Of a DNA stretch of 64,000 nt, positions 1 through 13,100 are shown in pieces. How positions within the stretch are numbered: the first letter of the stretch is position 1; every line of letters starts with the position of its first letter. The notes below the pieces were generated by a model. The model worked only from the letters and a program-made list of their open reading frames with translations, had not been told where the DNA came from and made no database searches. A program made the translations under genes and the position numbers. The stretch covers positions 434,558,001 to 434,622,000 of the forward strand of contig NC_091286.1 of assembly GCF_032444005.1 (NCBI RefSeq), in the 5' to 3' direction. The DNA is from Ranitomeya imitator (lineage: Eukaryota).

Positions 1-14
1 ATTGTCGCGGATTC

Positions 15-683
15 GTGAGCCAGTGCTCTATACATCTTGAGCTCCTGGCGTCACGTTTTCCTACGGAGCGGGCGAGAGTGGGATTTATCCTATCTCTCTT
101 GTCGGGCAGGGCGTTGGAGTGGGCAACGCCACTCTGGGAGCGAGATGATCGTGTGGTACAGAGTGCTCCTCTCTTCTTGGACACTCTGAAGCAGGTCTTT
201 TTAGGGCCTCGGGTTACCCACGACACCGCACTCCAATTGTTGTCCATTACACAGGGTACGTCCGTGGTCAGCCAGTTTGCCATCCAGTTCCGGACTCTAG
301 CTTCAGAGTTAGAGTGGCCAGACAAAGTTTTTATTCCGGTGTTCTGGAGGGGACTGGCAGACCATGTGAAGGACGCCTTGGCCACTAGGGAGATACCGGC
401 CACACTGGAGGAACTTATTTCTGTGTCTACCCGCATCGACCTCCGTTTTCACGAGCGGAGCCTGGAGCGGACCCAGTGTAGGCAGAGGTTTCGGCTGACT
501 CCAACTTTCGCCAGACCTCTGGAATCCCCTGTCTTGGCGTCAGATTCCCATGAGGCCATGGAGGTTTCTCGAGCGGGACCTAAATCTCTAGCCGCTCGAG
601 TACCCGTGGTTTGTAATAACTGTCAACAACATGGACATTACGCCAATAAATGTCCGTGGCGGTCGGGAAACGATCGCGTCTAG
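15..683 (+). CDS. gag: Gypsy Gag, 5'-truncated by the window
   Basis: Retrotransposon gag motif LLSGRALEWA and CCHC knuckle CNNCQQHGHYANKC; TAG at 681-683. Confidence 0.9.
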   Translation: MSQCSIHLELLASRFPTERARVGFILSLLSGRALEWATPLWERDDRVVQSAPLFLDTLKQVFLGPRVTHDTALQLLSITQGTSVVSQFAIQFRTLASELEWPDKVFIPVFWRGLADHVKDALATREIPATLEELISVSTRIDLRFHERSLERTQCRQRFRLTPTFARPLESPVLASDSHEAMEVSRAGPKSLAARVPVVCNNCQQHGHYANKCPWRSGNDRV

Positions 684-2320
684 TAACCATTGGGGGAGGT
701 TCACTAGACACAGCAGCATTCTCCTCCAAACTGTCCTTTAAAGGGACAATCCTGTTAGGCTCCTCCACTCTAACAGTCGAGCTTTGTGTGGATTCAGGAG
801 CAGAGGGAAACTTCATGTCCTCTGCTTTTGCTACACGTCATGCTATACCACTAGTCATGCTCGCCAAACCAATAACGGTTAGAGTTGTGAATGGGGCGAC
901 ACTCCCACTGCAAATCACACACCAGACAGTTCCGTTCTCGCTGTCCATATCTCCTTCCCACCAGGAGATTATTTCCCTTCTTGTCCTTCCTGAGGGAATG
1001 GATGAGATTTTGCTGGGAATACCCTGGCTCCGTTTCCACTCCCCACATATTGAGTGGTCCTCAGGGAGAATATTGGGTTGGAGTAAGTCTTGTTTGGGCA
1101 GGTGTGTGAGTGAGTGTGTACAGGTCTCTACTACCGAGGTACCCGCAGATCTTTCATCACTTCCCAGGTATTATTGGTGTTATGCAGACGTGTTCTCTAA
1201 AAAGGCTGCTGAGACTCTACCGCCCCATCGCCCTTACGACTGTCCTATCGACCTCTTGCCGGGAGCCGAACCTCCTCGGGGAAGGGTATATCCCCTCTCT
1301 CTCCCTGAGACGGAGGCTATGTCTCAATACATTCAGGAGAATTTGGCAAGAGGGTTTATAAGGAAGTCAGTGTCTCCGGCAGGGGCGGGATTCTTCTTCG
1401 TGCAAAAGAAGAACAGGGAGTTACGTCCTTGCATCGATTACAGGGGTCTCAATGCTATCACTATTAAGAACAAATACCCGTTGCCCCTGATATCGGAGCT
1501 CTTTGACAGATTAAGGGGAGCTAAAATATTCACCAAATTAGATCTGCGGGGTGCCTACAATCTGATTCGCATCCGTGAGGGGGACGAGTGGAAAACGGCT
1601 TTCAATACCAGGGATGGGCACTATGAGTACCTGGTGATGCCTTTCGGGCTCTGTAATGCCCCAGCCGTTTTTCAGGACTTTGTCAACGATATCTTCCGGG
1701 ATATGCTTTCTACCTCGGTCGTAGTCTATCTGGATGATATTCTCATCTTCTCTCCAGATATTGACTTCCACCGGAGAGATGTTGGCAGAGTCTTCGAACT
1801 CTTACGGGCGAATTCCTTATATGCAAAGTTGGAGAAGTGTGTGTTTGAACAGGAGTCCTTGCCTTTCCTGGGCTATATCATCTCGGCCCAGGGATTGGCT
1901 ATGGATCCTGCCAAACTACAAGCAGTGATGGACTGGCAGGAACCCCATTCTCTTAAAGCGGTGCAGCACTTTATGGGGTTCATAAATTACTATCGCCAGT
2001 TCATTCCCCACTTCTCAACTTTGGTAGCTCCCTTGGTATCCCTCACCAAGAAGGGAGCGAATCCCAAATCGTGGTCCAAAGGGGTCTCCAAGGCCTTCAC
2101 TTCTATAAAGTCCCATTTTGCTAGCGCTCCTATCTTACATCGTCCCGATGTGGGTAAGCCATTCCTTTTGGAAGTGGATGCCTCATCCGTTGGTGCTGGA
2201 GCAGTCCTCTATCAAAAGGATGCTCAGGGTCGGAAGCACCCTTGCTTCTTTTTCTCAAAGACCTTCACACCAGCGGAGAGAAATTACTCCATCGGGGATA
2301 GAGAGTTGCTGGCAATGTAG
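650..2320 (+). pseudogene. pol: Pol part 1 (protease, RT, start of RNase H), ended by a premature TAG
   Basis: VDSGA protease, [10 protein letters not shown]; ELLAM-TAG-LAFSEW where the paralogous element in this window reads [12 protein letters not shown]. Confidence 0.9.
665..729 (+). promoter_or_regulatory. -1 ribosomal frameshift signal: slippery heptamer plus H-type pseudoknot
   Basis: G GGA AAC (665-671) is in the gag frame and pol is in the -1 frame. Stem 1 is 678-688 with 698-709; stem 2 is 690-697 with 722-729. Confidence 0.85.
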
Positions 2321-4516
2321 TTGGCCTTTTCGGAGTGGAGACATCTCTTGGAGGGTGCTCGGTTCCCATTCCAAGTTTTCACGGATCACAAGAATTTGGT
2401 CTATTTACAAACAGCCCAGCGGCTGAATTCTCGTCAGGCCAGATGGTCCTTGTTTTTCTCCCGGTTCCACTTTACCCTACATTATCTCGCCGGGAAGAAG
2501 AACATTCGTGCTCACGCTCTCTCTCGCTCCTTCGTGTCAGCTGAGGAGGAGGAGGACGAGCCTCGGCTCATTGTCCCTTCGGAGAGTCTGAGAACTGTAG
2601 CTCCGGTTTCGCTGGAGTCTGTGCCCCCGGGCAAGACTTTTGTTCCCATCAATTTGCGTCCGGAGGTTCTCTCTTGGGCTCATTCGTCCAGAGTGGGTGG
2701 ACACTTTGGGGCAAAAAGGACATCTGAGTTACTGGCGAGAATGTACTGGTGGCCACATATGGTTCGTGACGTCGGAGACTACGTTCAGGCATGTGTCTCT
2801 TGTGCCAAGAATAAGTCTTCCCGACAACGGCCAGCTGGTTTGTTATACCCTCTGCCGGTGGCAGACAGGCCCTGGAAGATGGTCGGGATGGATTTTGTTG
2901 TGCGTCTGCCCAAGTCTCGTGGCTGTACCATTATTTGGGTAATCACCGACCATTTTTCTAAAATGGTGCATTTGGTGCCGCTTCCCCGGTTACCTTCTGC
3001 ACGGGCCTTGGCAGCGTTGTTTGTCAAACACATCTTTCGTCTTCACGGTATGACAGACAAAATTGTCAGTGACCGAGGTCCCCAGTTTGCGTCTCGGTTC
3101 TGGAGAGAGCTTTGTCGTCTTCTCAGTATCGAGTTGAATCTCTCTTCGGCTTATCATCCCGAGACGAATGGGTTGGTAGAGAGAGCCAACCAGACCTTGG
3201 TCACATATCTGCGACATTTTGTTTCTGCTAAGCAGGATGACTGGGCATCTTTGCTACCGTGGGCGGAGTTTGCTCTTAACAATGCTGTCGCTGATTCCAC
3301 TGGACAGACTCCATTCCTCCTTAACTATGGTCAGCATCCGCGGGTACCTGTGCCCATGCCCGTGTCTTCCGCCGATTCCAGGGTGGCAGACTGGGCTGTG
3401 GAGGCACGGGACATTTGGGATCGCACTCAGGATGCCATTCAGGCTTCCAAGGAGAGAATGAGGTCCTCCGCCGACGCACATCGGCGCCCCGCTCCAACCT
3501 TTGCTCCTGGCGACTTAGTGTGGCTCTCCGCCCGTAACATCAGGCTGCGAGTTGAGTCTACCAAGTTTGCACCTCGCTACTTAGGTCCTTTTAAGGTCCT
3601 CGAACAGGTTAATCCTGTGGTTTACCGTCTGGCCCTTCCTCCACGCCTAGGTATCACCGACACCTTTCATGTGTCCCTCCCTAAGCCCGTCTACATGTCC
3701 CGGTTTTCTGAGTCATCTACTGGGACATCGGGTTCGTCTACGGACGATTACGAGGTGAACGCTATCTTGGGGTACAAGGTGGTTCGTGGCAAAAAATTTT
3801 ATTTGGTGGACTGGAGTGGTTACGGTCCTGAGGATAGATCCTGGGAGCCTGCTGAGCACATTCAGGCTCTGCAGCTCATTGCTGCCTTCGAACGTAGCGA
3901 GGCCCAAGGAGGGGGGGGCCCTAGGGAAGGGGGTGATGTTAGGGGTCGAGTTCCTGCTTCTGAACAGGGGGAATCTCAAGCCACCTCCGCTGCGGTCTCC
4001 CATTCTTGTCCAGCCGCAGTGGAGTCTGCTCAGCAAAGACGTTGGTCCCAGCGTCTTGCTCATTCTCACTCTGTTCTGAGAGTTACTGCTGCTTCTCCAG
4101 TCTCTGCCATTAAAGTCAGTGCTGGTCAGCAGCGAGCGGACTTCTCTGGGACTAAGTCCTTGTCTGCACGTACTGAGCATGTCCAGGGTAAGATCTCCAT
4201 TGCTACATTGCTAATGTGTGTATGTTGTGAGTGCAAGTCGTCCTTGGATACCCCTACCCTATTGAATGTCTGTTCGCAGAAGGTGTATGGTTGCTATCTA
4301 GCGCCCGACTTATCCTACAGCACTAATCACACATTACAGCGTCCAGTTGCTGTGACCGCCAGTACGGCGCCGTGCACTTCCTATGTGCTTTCCTTACGCA
4401 AGCCTGGGTGGTTAGTGGCGTTCGTCAGTGTGGCACCGCATGCACTCTTGTGCCTTAATATTGTTGTTCAGTTTCCTTACACACCCAGTTGCGGTGTTGT
4501 GCCAGCAAGGGTCTAA
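2321..4516 (+). pseudogene. pol: Pol part 2 (RNase H end, integrase, chromodomain); frame stays open into the 3' LTR
   Basis: HHCC zinc finger, MDF / SDRG / VER catalytic residues, chromodomain YEVNAIL...YLVDWSGYGPEDRSWEP; same frame as part 1. Confidence 0.9.
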
Positions 4517-4765
4517 TCAGACTTCAATCCTAGTTGGGGTTGAGTTCGCTGACTACTTGCTCGCGCTTTAGGTGCGGTACCGCGGTCCTGTGACTCAACA
4601 GGATTGCTTCTTTCACGCTGGGTGAGGTTAACCCACGCGTGTATACTTTAGTGTACCGCCATATAGTCTGCAAATTGCTAGCAGCAGGTTTTCACCTGCA
4701 CGGTGGACCCCGGACTGCGAACGCATCTATATCATCTGTCTTGGTGCATTCCGCCAGTCCTAACA
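3937..4765 (+). repeat. 3' LTR (829 bp), preceded by polypurine tract AGGGAAGGGGGTGA (3923-3936)
   Basis: TGTTAGG...CCTAACA inverted termini; host intron sequence homologous to about 22213 resumes right after it. Confidence 0.88.
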
Positions 4766-4904
4766 CAAATTTTTCATTAAATGCTAAATATTTGTTAGCT
4801 ATTTGTAAAATGTTTTTCATTTTATAATTTTTGTAAAAATTAGTGTAATATTTCTAATTTTTTATAACTCTACATTATAATTGCCCTCTACCTTTGCTTT
4901 GCAG

Positions 4905-5188
4905 GTCAACAATGTTTTAGTTTCTCTCCCTGCTGACGTGTTTGGCATAAGCATCATAAGAAATGGCCAGTACGTAGTAGTTAACACCAATTTTGGACTC
5001 CAGATTAAATTCAATGGAGATCATGAATTATTTGTTATAGTGAGTGAGAAATACAAAGATACATTGTGTGGATTGTGTGGCACATACAATGATAACCGCT
5101 TTGATGACTTCACAACGCCTAATGGCATTATTGTAACTGATGTCAATGACTTTGGAAACAGCTGGCGAGTACCAGATGATGGATGGCC
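4905..5188 (+). CDS. Exon: VWD C-terminal half (copy 1)
   Basis: GCAG/GTCAAC...TGGCC/GTGAG; [11 protein letters not shown]; phase 0-2. Confidence 0.92.
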
Positions 5189-7076
5189 GTGAGTATTTTC
5201 TTATCTTATCTGTCCATTTGTTCGTTCACTTTTACATATAGTCATTTTTTTGCAATGTGAGATCTAACTTTGCTATATCTATATTTCTGTAGATGTGGCT
5301 CTACTCCTCCTCCTCCACCTATGTGCCTTCCCAACATAGAGCAAGAAGCTGAGGCTAAGTGTGAAATAATAAAGCTGCTCAATGGCCCCTTTGCACAGTG
5401 TCATGCTCTCATTCCACCATATCAATACTTTGAGAGTTGCGTGTATGACCAATGCGCGACAGGAGGGAATGATACTTATTTCTGCAGCTCACTAGAATTT
5501 TATGCTGCAGCATGTGAAGCAATAGGAGTCATTCTTGGCGATTGGAGACAGGAAACTAATTGTGGTAAGAAGTTAACTCCTTTTTATCATAATGTATTAT
5601 TAAATATGTTATGTTGTATTTTATAAATGTTATTTTTGCTTTTAGGAGAAATAAAAAGCACAAGTCCACCCAAAACCACCACCACTGCAGCTACAACAAC
5701 TACTACTATTACTCCTACAACTATTGGCTGTGACACAGTAGGAACCACAACTTCAACTACACCAGGTAAATGGTTTTACTGCATGATATTATATAAACAT
5801 GATAAATGTTATAAAATGAAAGGCTAACAAAATGATAAGTAGGTGACTATTTGCAGAGTATAAGAGGAAAATCAAAGATAAGGAACTGAATGCTCATAAC
5901 AGTAAACATGGTACATTGATGTTTGGGCTACATGCACTAGATAACTGCATATTTCAGATTAAGATCTAGGTAGAATCTAGTTTAGGAAGTGGAACATCAA
6001 GGCAATCCTTATATATCCTTGTGACTAAAGGTTTGAGAAATGTTAGACCATGTACCTGCTGAGTCATATTCACACTTGAGACAGCTAGGAGACAGAGACA
6101 GAGAGGCGGCGCTGGAAGAGACACAATAGACAATTGAGTATAGACGGGTCTGTGGTCATGTAATATTATCTGTGGTCATGTGTATTATTTTTGAATATTC
6201 TATTTTTACGTAGTAATTTTCAAATCCCAGATAGCCCCCTTTTTAATTGTTGTAAAGCATTCATTGAAATATGCAAAGCTTCGCTAATAAGCTGGAACTG
6301 ATACTTGCAATAGGCTCCTTATGATTAAGTGAACTTAGTTAAAAATTAATATGCTTCCAAAATTTTTAAATCTGAAAAAAAAGTGAGCAGCACATTTTCT
6401 GTACAATATTTTCTACCGCTTTAGTTTATATGGATTACAAATAGAATTTGGTTACATGTGATTCTTAAAGATTGGTTGATGGATCTCCATGGCAAAAATT
6501 CAGTCTGTGGTTAGCACTGATTCTTCTATAACATGAGTGATCATTTTTCCACTTGTTTATACATTTTACCAACTCAATATCAATTGTTTCCCCTTCAACA
6601 AGTTAAACTACTTAAACTATTATTCCTACAAACCCAAGCACCACTTTCCAATCTAAATCTACACCTCCTACCACTGTCACGTCCACTGAAACGTCTACTA
6701 TAGTTGCTTTATCCATCCTGACTTGTCGCACCCCATTACAATCCCCTCCAATATCTTCAACATCCACTACAGGCAAGAGAACAAACATCGCTGAGTAAAA
6801 ATAACAATTTTTTCATGTAAATAATACAACTTAAAACTAAGTTAAACCAAATGTATTATTCAATAGTCATGACCTAATTAAAATTAGTAAATGGTACATT
6901 GTGTTTCAAACAACTTTTAGATCAATATTATTATGCTCTCATTTTTTAGATAAGACTACAATCACTCCAAAACCAATTGTTTCGACTACACAAGGTAAGA
7001 AGAAGAAATATGGAATCTGTGAAAGATCTCCATAACTATATTATTCTTGTGAAATTCGGTTTAATTCAATATGTTA

Positions 7077-7144
<68 letters not shown>

Positions 7145-10100
7145 TGTACCTATATCTATATAACCTAAAGGCCAAAACATGAGGATCCCAATTTAATATT
7201 GCATCTGTGTCTGTTTTTGTACTATTTGTGTGTTTTTTTATGCCTATTTTTTAAATTTATGACTAATTCTTCTTTTAATTTGGGTCTTTTTTGAAGTCCC
7301 TTTTTTTATGTAGAAGATAAGAGATAGCTGGCACTCCAAATAGTGTAACAAATCATTATTCAGGCAATTCAAACAGGTCAATGATGTTTCGGCCTTGTGA
7401 CACGGGACTTCATCAGTTGCGTAAATAAACAAAACATCTAAAAGTCATATGCATATACACGTCACACATTAAAAGTAATTTGCAATCTTAATTACAATTA
7501 TCACATAACTATCATTTCATATTCGTTAAAAAAGGAAAGAAATATAAAAGGGAAAAATAAGCACTTATGTACTTTATGAGAGATAAATTCATTCACAATG
7601 ATCCAAATTTAATAAAGAAAATGTCTGAATTAGAGAAAATCATCTCTTTGAATCGTCTTAGTATTTCTTCTATACATGTGACAAAGATCTAAGTCATAGT
7701 AGGTGGTTATGGACATGCCCAAAAGAAGAACTGTATAAAAACATAACCATGACATGGTAATGGCAAAAAAAAATGAAGGGGAATTTTCAAGGTAGATGAA
7801 AGTAAATCTCATCGGATTGCAACAACAGCAACAAGAGCCATCGGGGTAAGGTATTTACAATAGTTAGTCAAATCACCTGGTGCTGGGCGCTCATCTACCC
7901 TGATTTATTTATATTCATGTTTCATTTCAGAAGTGCATGAAATGTCAATTATCTCCCTACAAGAGTATTCTTTTGAGCATGTCAATAACAAACTAATATG
8001 ACTAAGGCTAGTTTCACATTTTTGGTCGGGAGGACTGCGGATGGTAGCGTACTTCTTCATTCTTGCTCCTTCAAGCCCCGCCTACACTGCGTCTACTGCT
8101 CCATGCATCCTGTGTTGTCCTGCGTACCTATCTTTAACATTGGGTATACAGAGACGTGCGTTGTATGCGGATGCGTCCTCATGCGGCGATTGGATGTGTG
8201 CGGCGACCGCACAGAAACACAAAATTTAAAAAGATAGGTACGCAGGGCAATGCAGGACACATGGAGCAGCAAGCGGAGCATAGGCGGGGCTTCAAGGAGG
8301 AAGAAGGGAAGAAGTGCACTGCCATCCGCAACCCTCCCGACTGCAAATATGAAACCAGCCTTAGATTTGTGTCATATGTATATAATTAATGCTAAGAGAT
8401 GATTCTCTCTAATTCCGCAATTTTCTTTGTATCATGGTGAATATATATATCTCTCAGTAGGACATAATACTTGTTTTATCTTTTCTTTTTTTCCTTTTTC
8501 TTCTGTAATATGAAATGATACTGTTTTGCGATATTTGTAACTAGGTTTAGAAATTTACTTTTAATGTATGACATGCATATGAATTTTTCATGTTTTGTTT
8601 TTTTACACGTTTTCAGTCATATTTTGACCATATATTTTTTTCTGTACTATGTAGTGTCTGATGAAGGCCTGTGTCATAGGGCCAAAATGTCATTGACCTA
8701 TATGGATTGCCTAAATAAAGACTTGTTATGCTACTTGGAGAGCCAAGTGTCTCTTATCTTCTTCATGTGCATGGAGTGGAACTCTTTTTGAGCACCCAAT
8801 TCTTTTTCTTCAAGAGTGCTATATATTTACCTATTCACTTTTTTATGTGTGTGCTTTTTTTTTAGCTTTCCGATGTGGGTGGGATTTTTGGCATTTATCT
8901 TTTTTTAATTAATTCATTTGCGACTTTTAAAAAAGCCACAACATTTTATGTGAATGTGCACTAGTCTCTTGGCAGAGTTATTTTATATGAGCTAAAAAAT
9001 TTTGCACAATTTTTAGGACAAAGTGTGTGACTTTTTCACTAATAGTTCCAAAAAATGTTAAAGACAGAAATAATGATATAAAATTTAGACCGCACACGCC
9101 ATTTAATAAAATAAGTGTAAAAAATGGAATCCAATACCACAAGACAAAAAAGAAAAGTGACTTAAAACATGCAGGGCTAAAAAGTTTAATCACTTTTTTT
9201 AACCTTCTGTAATTTGTGTAAATTGCACACAGATATGACATACTGATATGTGTTTGTGTTCGTTCTTCCATATTTAGGGAAATGTGACATAGGCTGCTCT
9301 TTTGATTCTGGTTTCTGTAACTGGAAACAATCAAAGTCTGATAAAATTGACTGGATACGCTGGAGAGGTGCTACACCATCTGAACTCACTGGACCTTCCC
9401 TTGACCACACAACAGGAGGTATTGGTCTTCTTCTATAAAAGTTACAAATTATATTCAAAAATAGAACCATTCCATGCCCCAAAGTGATACTTGGATTGTT
9501 ATTTCAGATGGATACTATCTCTACATTGATGGTGAGAAGTCAAAAGAGGGAGACATGGCAAGATTAGAGAGTCCTGCTTATTGTTACACTGGCTACCAGT
9601 GCCTCAGGTTCTGGTACCACATGTATGGAGCTGCAGATTACATGGAGCTGAATGTGGCTGTCTTAAGAGATGATGGTATAGAATACGTGACCTACCTAGA
9701 AGGAAATCATGGTGATATGTGGCTGTTAGAAGAGATCTACTTGCCTGACAGTGACATCATCCAGGTAATGTTGTGTTTGTTTCCTTATTATTCATACATA
9801 ATTAGCAATTAAGAAATGAAACTAACTCATACAGTATACACTTACTGAATACATGCATCATACATGCAAATATACACTTACTATGTCACTTATATTTTCA
9901 AGATTTGTGATGAACCTTGGGAGACATCAGAGGAGAATTCTAACTACATTTTTTTAAAGATTATTTCTAATATAAGCCAAATTTTCCTTTCAATGGTTGA
10001 GTCTTAAAGGCTATGGTACATACAGTATGTACTTTACACCATAGCAGTATCGATCACTATTGCAGTTTAAGAAAACCACAGTAAGCTTAAATCAGCACCT

Positions 10101-13100
10101 TTCTCTGATATTGCAACCATGTATGTTTTACTTTAAAGTGTTGCAGCGTTTAAGAGAAAGCGTGTTTTAAATAACCATTGCAACTAGGGAATGATGCAAC
10201 CAGGAGGACTCGTCCAGGAGGTAGGCCCCCACAGTTTCTCCCCACCCTGCATGCAGACAGGTCAATCCCTATATACAAAAATAAGGAAAGACTTGTTGGT
10301 CTAGGGAAGTGGGAAAGAGAGAACATGACTTTTGAACTAGTCACCCCAGTTGCATCAAAACAAAGAATGTTTTCTAGGAAACGCTGCAGAGTGAAAAATA
10401 CATGGATGCAATAAAGGAGATGGTCTCAGATTCTGGCTTCCAATAGTTCAGCTGATAAGATCCCTTCAAGGTTATATTACAATGCATTATTTTCAACAGA
10501 TTCAATCAAACAATGTAATAATGTTCATTAGTTTTTAATGTGCATTTTTCATTTAATTTTACTGAATAAATCTACGGGATTAACCGATTTCTAAACATTG
10601 AAGCTTCATTTCATGGCTTTAACAAATCACACTGACTCTTGTACAATTTATGATCATAAGACAGACCAATCAGTTTGTTGAGGAAGCTACTAAATGATTT
10701 ATTCTAAAATGGCTAAAGCGCTAATGAATATTCATGAGCAGCAAATGTAATTAACATGCAGAGAGGACATTCAGGAGGATTACAGAATGTGCTGTATGAA
10801 GACAATAACCTTCTCATTGTGCACAAAATATAGAATATTTTGATCTATCATGATTTCACAAAAACATAGAGGAGAACATGTCAGATACTTTATTATACAT
10901 TATGTTTACAGATTTTCATAGAAGGCAGGAGAGGAGAAGACTATCGTAGTGATGTGGCCATAGATGACATCTCTCTTACACCTGGGTATTGTGGTAAGTA
11001 ACAAATTAATACTTTTTACAGTATACACCACATGCTATGTTTCTTATAGAGAAAATATGTACTATTTGCATTAGTCGAATCTATACTTTCAGCTTGTAGA
11101 GTAGTACATGATATATTTAATAAAACATACAGATGAAAATATTGCTCTCATCCATTCCAAGACCAGGTCATTTTCCGCAGTTAATGATCAACCACATTTT
11201 TTTAATGTATTTGCGTTTTAAGAGCTCTAAAATTTATTCTCTGCAAATAGCATGTCCCTTATGTTTTATTATGTCTAGAATAGATAGACTTCAGAGCTTA
11301 ATAAATGTGATAAGTGAAAAATAAAAAAATCCAAATACTTACCGTATGGCCCATTTCTACAGCCCCTCCACTGATCTGATCCTGGCTGTACGTGCAGATC
11401 ACTGGAATCCAAGTAGGTCTCACGCTGGGCTGGTACTTCTTTAATGGAGCCTGGGAGTGTTCTGCGCATATGTGTGCAAGGACATGGCATATCTCTGTAA
11501 CATCATGACCTTTCGTGCACTTGCGCAGAACCCTCCCAAGCCCTCTTAAAAGCGGAATGTACCCGCCCAGCTTGAGAGGCCCAGAGATTTCCGCACAAGC
11601 ATGGGTGTTCTGAAGATGCAGCAAGGACTGGACAGGTAAAATAGAGGGGCCAGAGGGGTGATTATAATAATTTTTTTTATACCTTTTAGGGTTTATAAAA
11701 ATGGCAGCGAGCAGCTGCACTTTTGCTGAATCCAAACAGAAATGAATTACAAAAAATCTGCATACCAATTCCATTTGAATTTATTTGCACATCTCTCATA
11801 TTTCCTGTTTTAAAATCTAATTGTGAGCCAAGTCCAGTGTAAATCTGCAGGACTAAAGCTTCTTTAAAAATAATCAATATCTATTGATTTTTTTTACCCA
11901 TAATGGTTTTTATAAAAAGAAAAATCAGTATTTTTTTCCTATCAACAGAAATCTTGCATGGAAAATATGTACTGCTGTTGTTATCACGGCATATAACTTT
12001 TTTTTAGAGGTTTTAGTGAAATCTGAGAAGGTTGAGTAGTGGGGAGTTAGATATAATCAGTAGAAAAAGGAGATGAAATTCATATTTGATGATCTATTGT
12101 GACATTATATTATTACTAAGAATCATATAACTAACATATAATCATATCACTAAGAAACATGTAATGTTAATAAATGATAATCATTGCAATAATTGTCTTT
12201 TTAGTTAAAGCAACAACTACTACCACCACCACAACCACAACCACCACTGCAAAAACGTCAACACCAACAGGTATGCAGCAATAATAATTTACATTAGTTT
12301 AGGCTTTTTTAGGCCATTTACTGTATACACCAACTGGACATCACAGTCATGATGTTGGAGAATGGAGCGGCTTAGTTCCCATACTGAGCAGGCACTGACT
12401 ATGCTACACAGCCAGCATCAGTCTATAACAGCAGTGACAGGAAGCCGCTCATATTGCTTCTGATTAACCATGTAAATGCCACTGCCAATCACTAATAGCG
12501 GCATTTAATAGCGCTTTCAATTGTTTACTCCTGCACTTACTATCATTGGCTCCTGTGATATAAATTTGGGGCTCTAATAGGTTACCTGCTGAAGACCTCC
12601 ATAACTACCATGTTGAATGGGATTCACAGGAAAACATTAATTTAAAGAGGACCTGTCACCAAATTAAAAGTCACCAATTTTTGTTGTTGAACTCCAGCTG
12701 CTCCCCCGAGCATGCCATGCCTTTTTTGTTTTTCTATTAAATCTGTCATTCAGTTCCAAAAAATATGGGCCTTTTATTTAGTAATTAGTAACTAATTTTA
12801 TAGTTTTTATTTTGGGGCTGCGCTCACAGAGTAATTATGCAGAGCAACTTGAAAACATTCCCCCAGAGAATCCTGTGAGCAAAGCCCACTTGGAAAAGAT
12901 CAGAAAGGTTAGCATTAAAAAAAGTAAGGCCATACCTCTCGAACCATATGCTGGATTATTTAGGGGAGCAGTAGGATCAAAAAAGTACAAAAACCTTTTA
13001 AGGCTATGTTCACATGTAGAGCTTTTTGCTGCATTTGTTATACAAAAATTCATCTGAGTTTCACAGTACCAGCAAATCTATGAGATTTCAGAAATCTCAT

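Larger units (their letters stand above)
1..4765 (+). mobile_element. Ty3/Gypsy chromovirus LTR retrotransposon; 5' part lies outside the window
   Basis: gag, protease, RT, RNase H, integrase and chromodomain occur in Gypsy order, followed by a PPT and an LTR bounded by TGTTAGG...CCTAACA. Confidence 0.97.

Noticed and set aside
650-664. ATG at 650 as an independent pol start
   Set aside because: The in-frame slippery site and pseudoknot explain pol expression better
12641-13000. TTAA-AGAGGACCTGTCACC Kolobok-like left end (also at about 45045)
   Set aside because: No matching right end found, so boundaries cannot be supported
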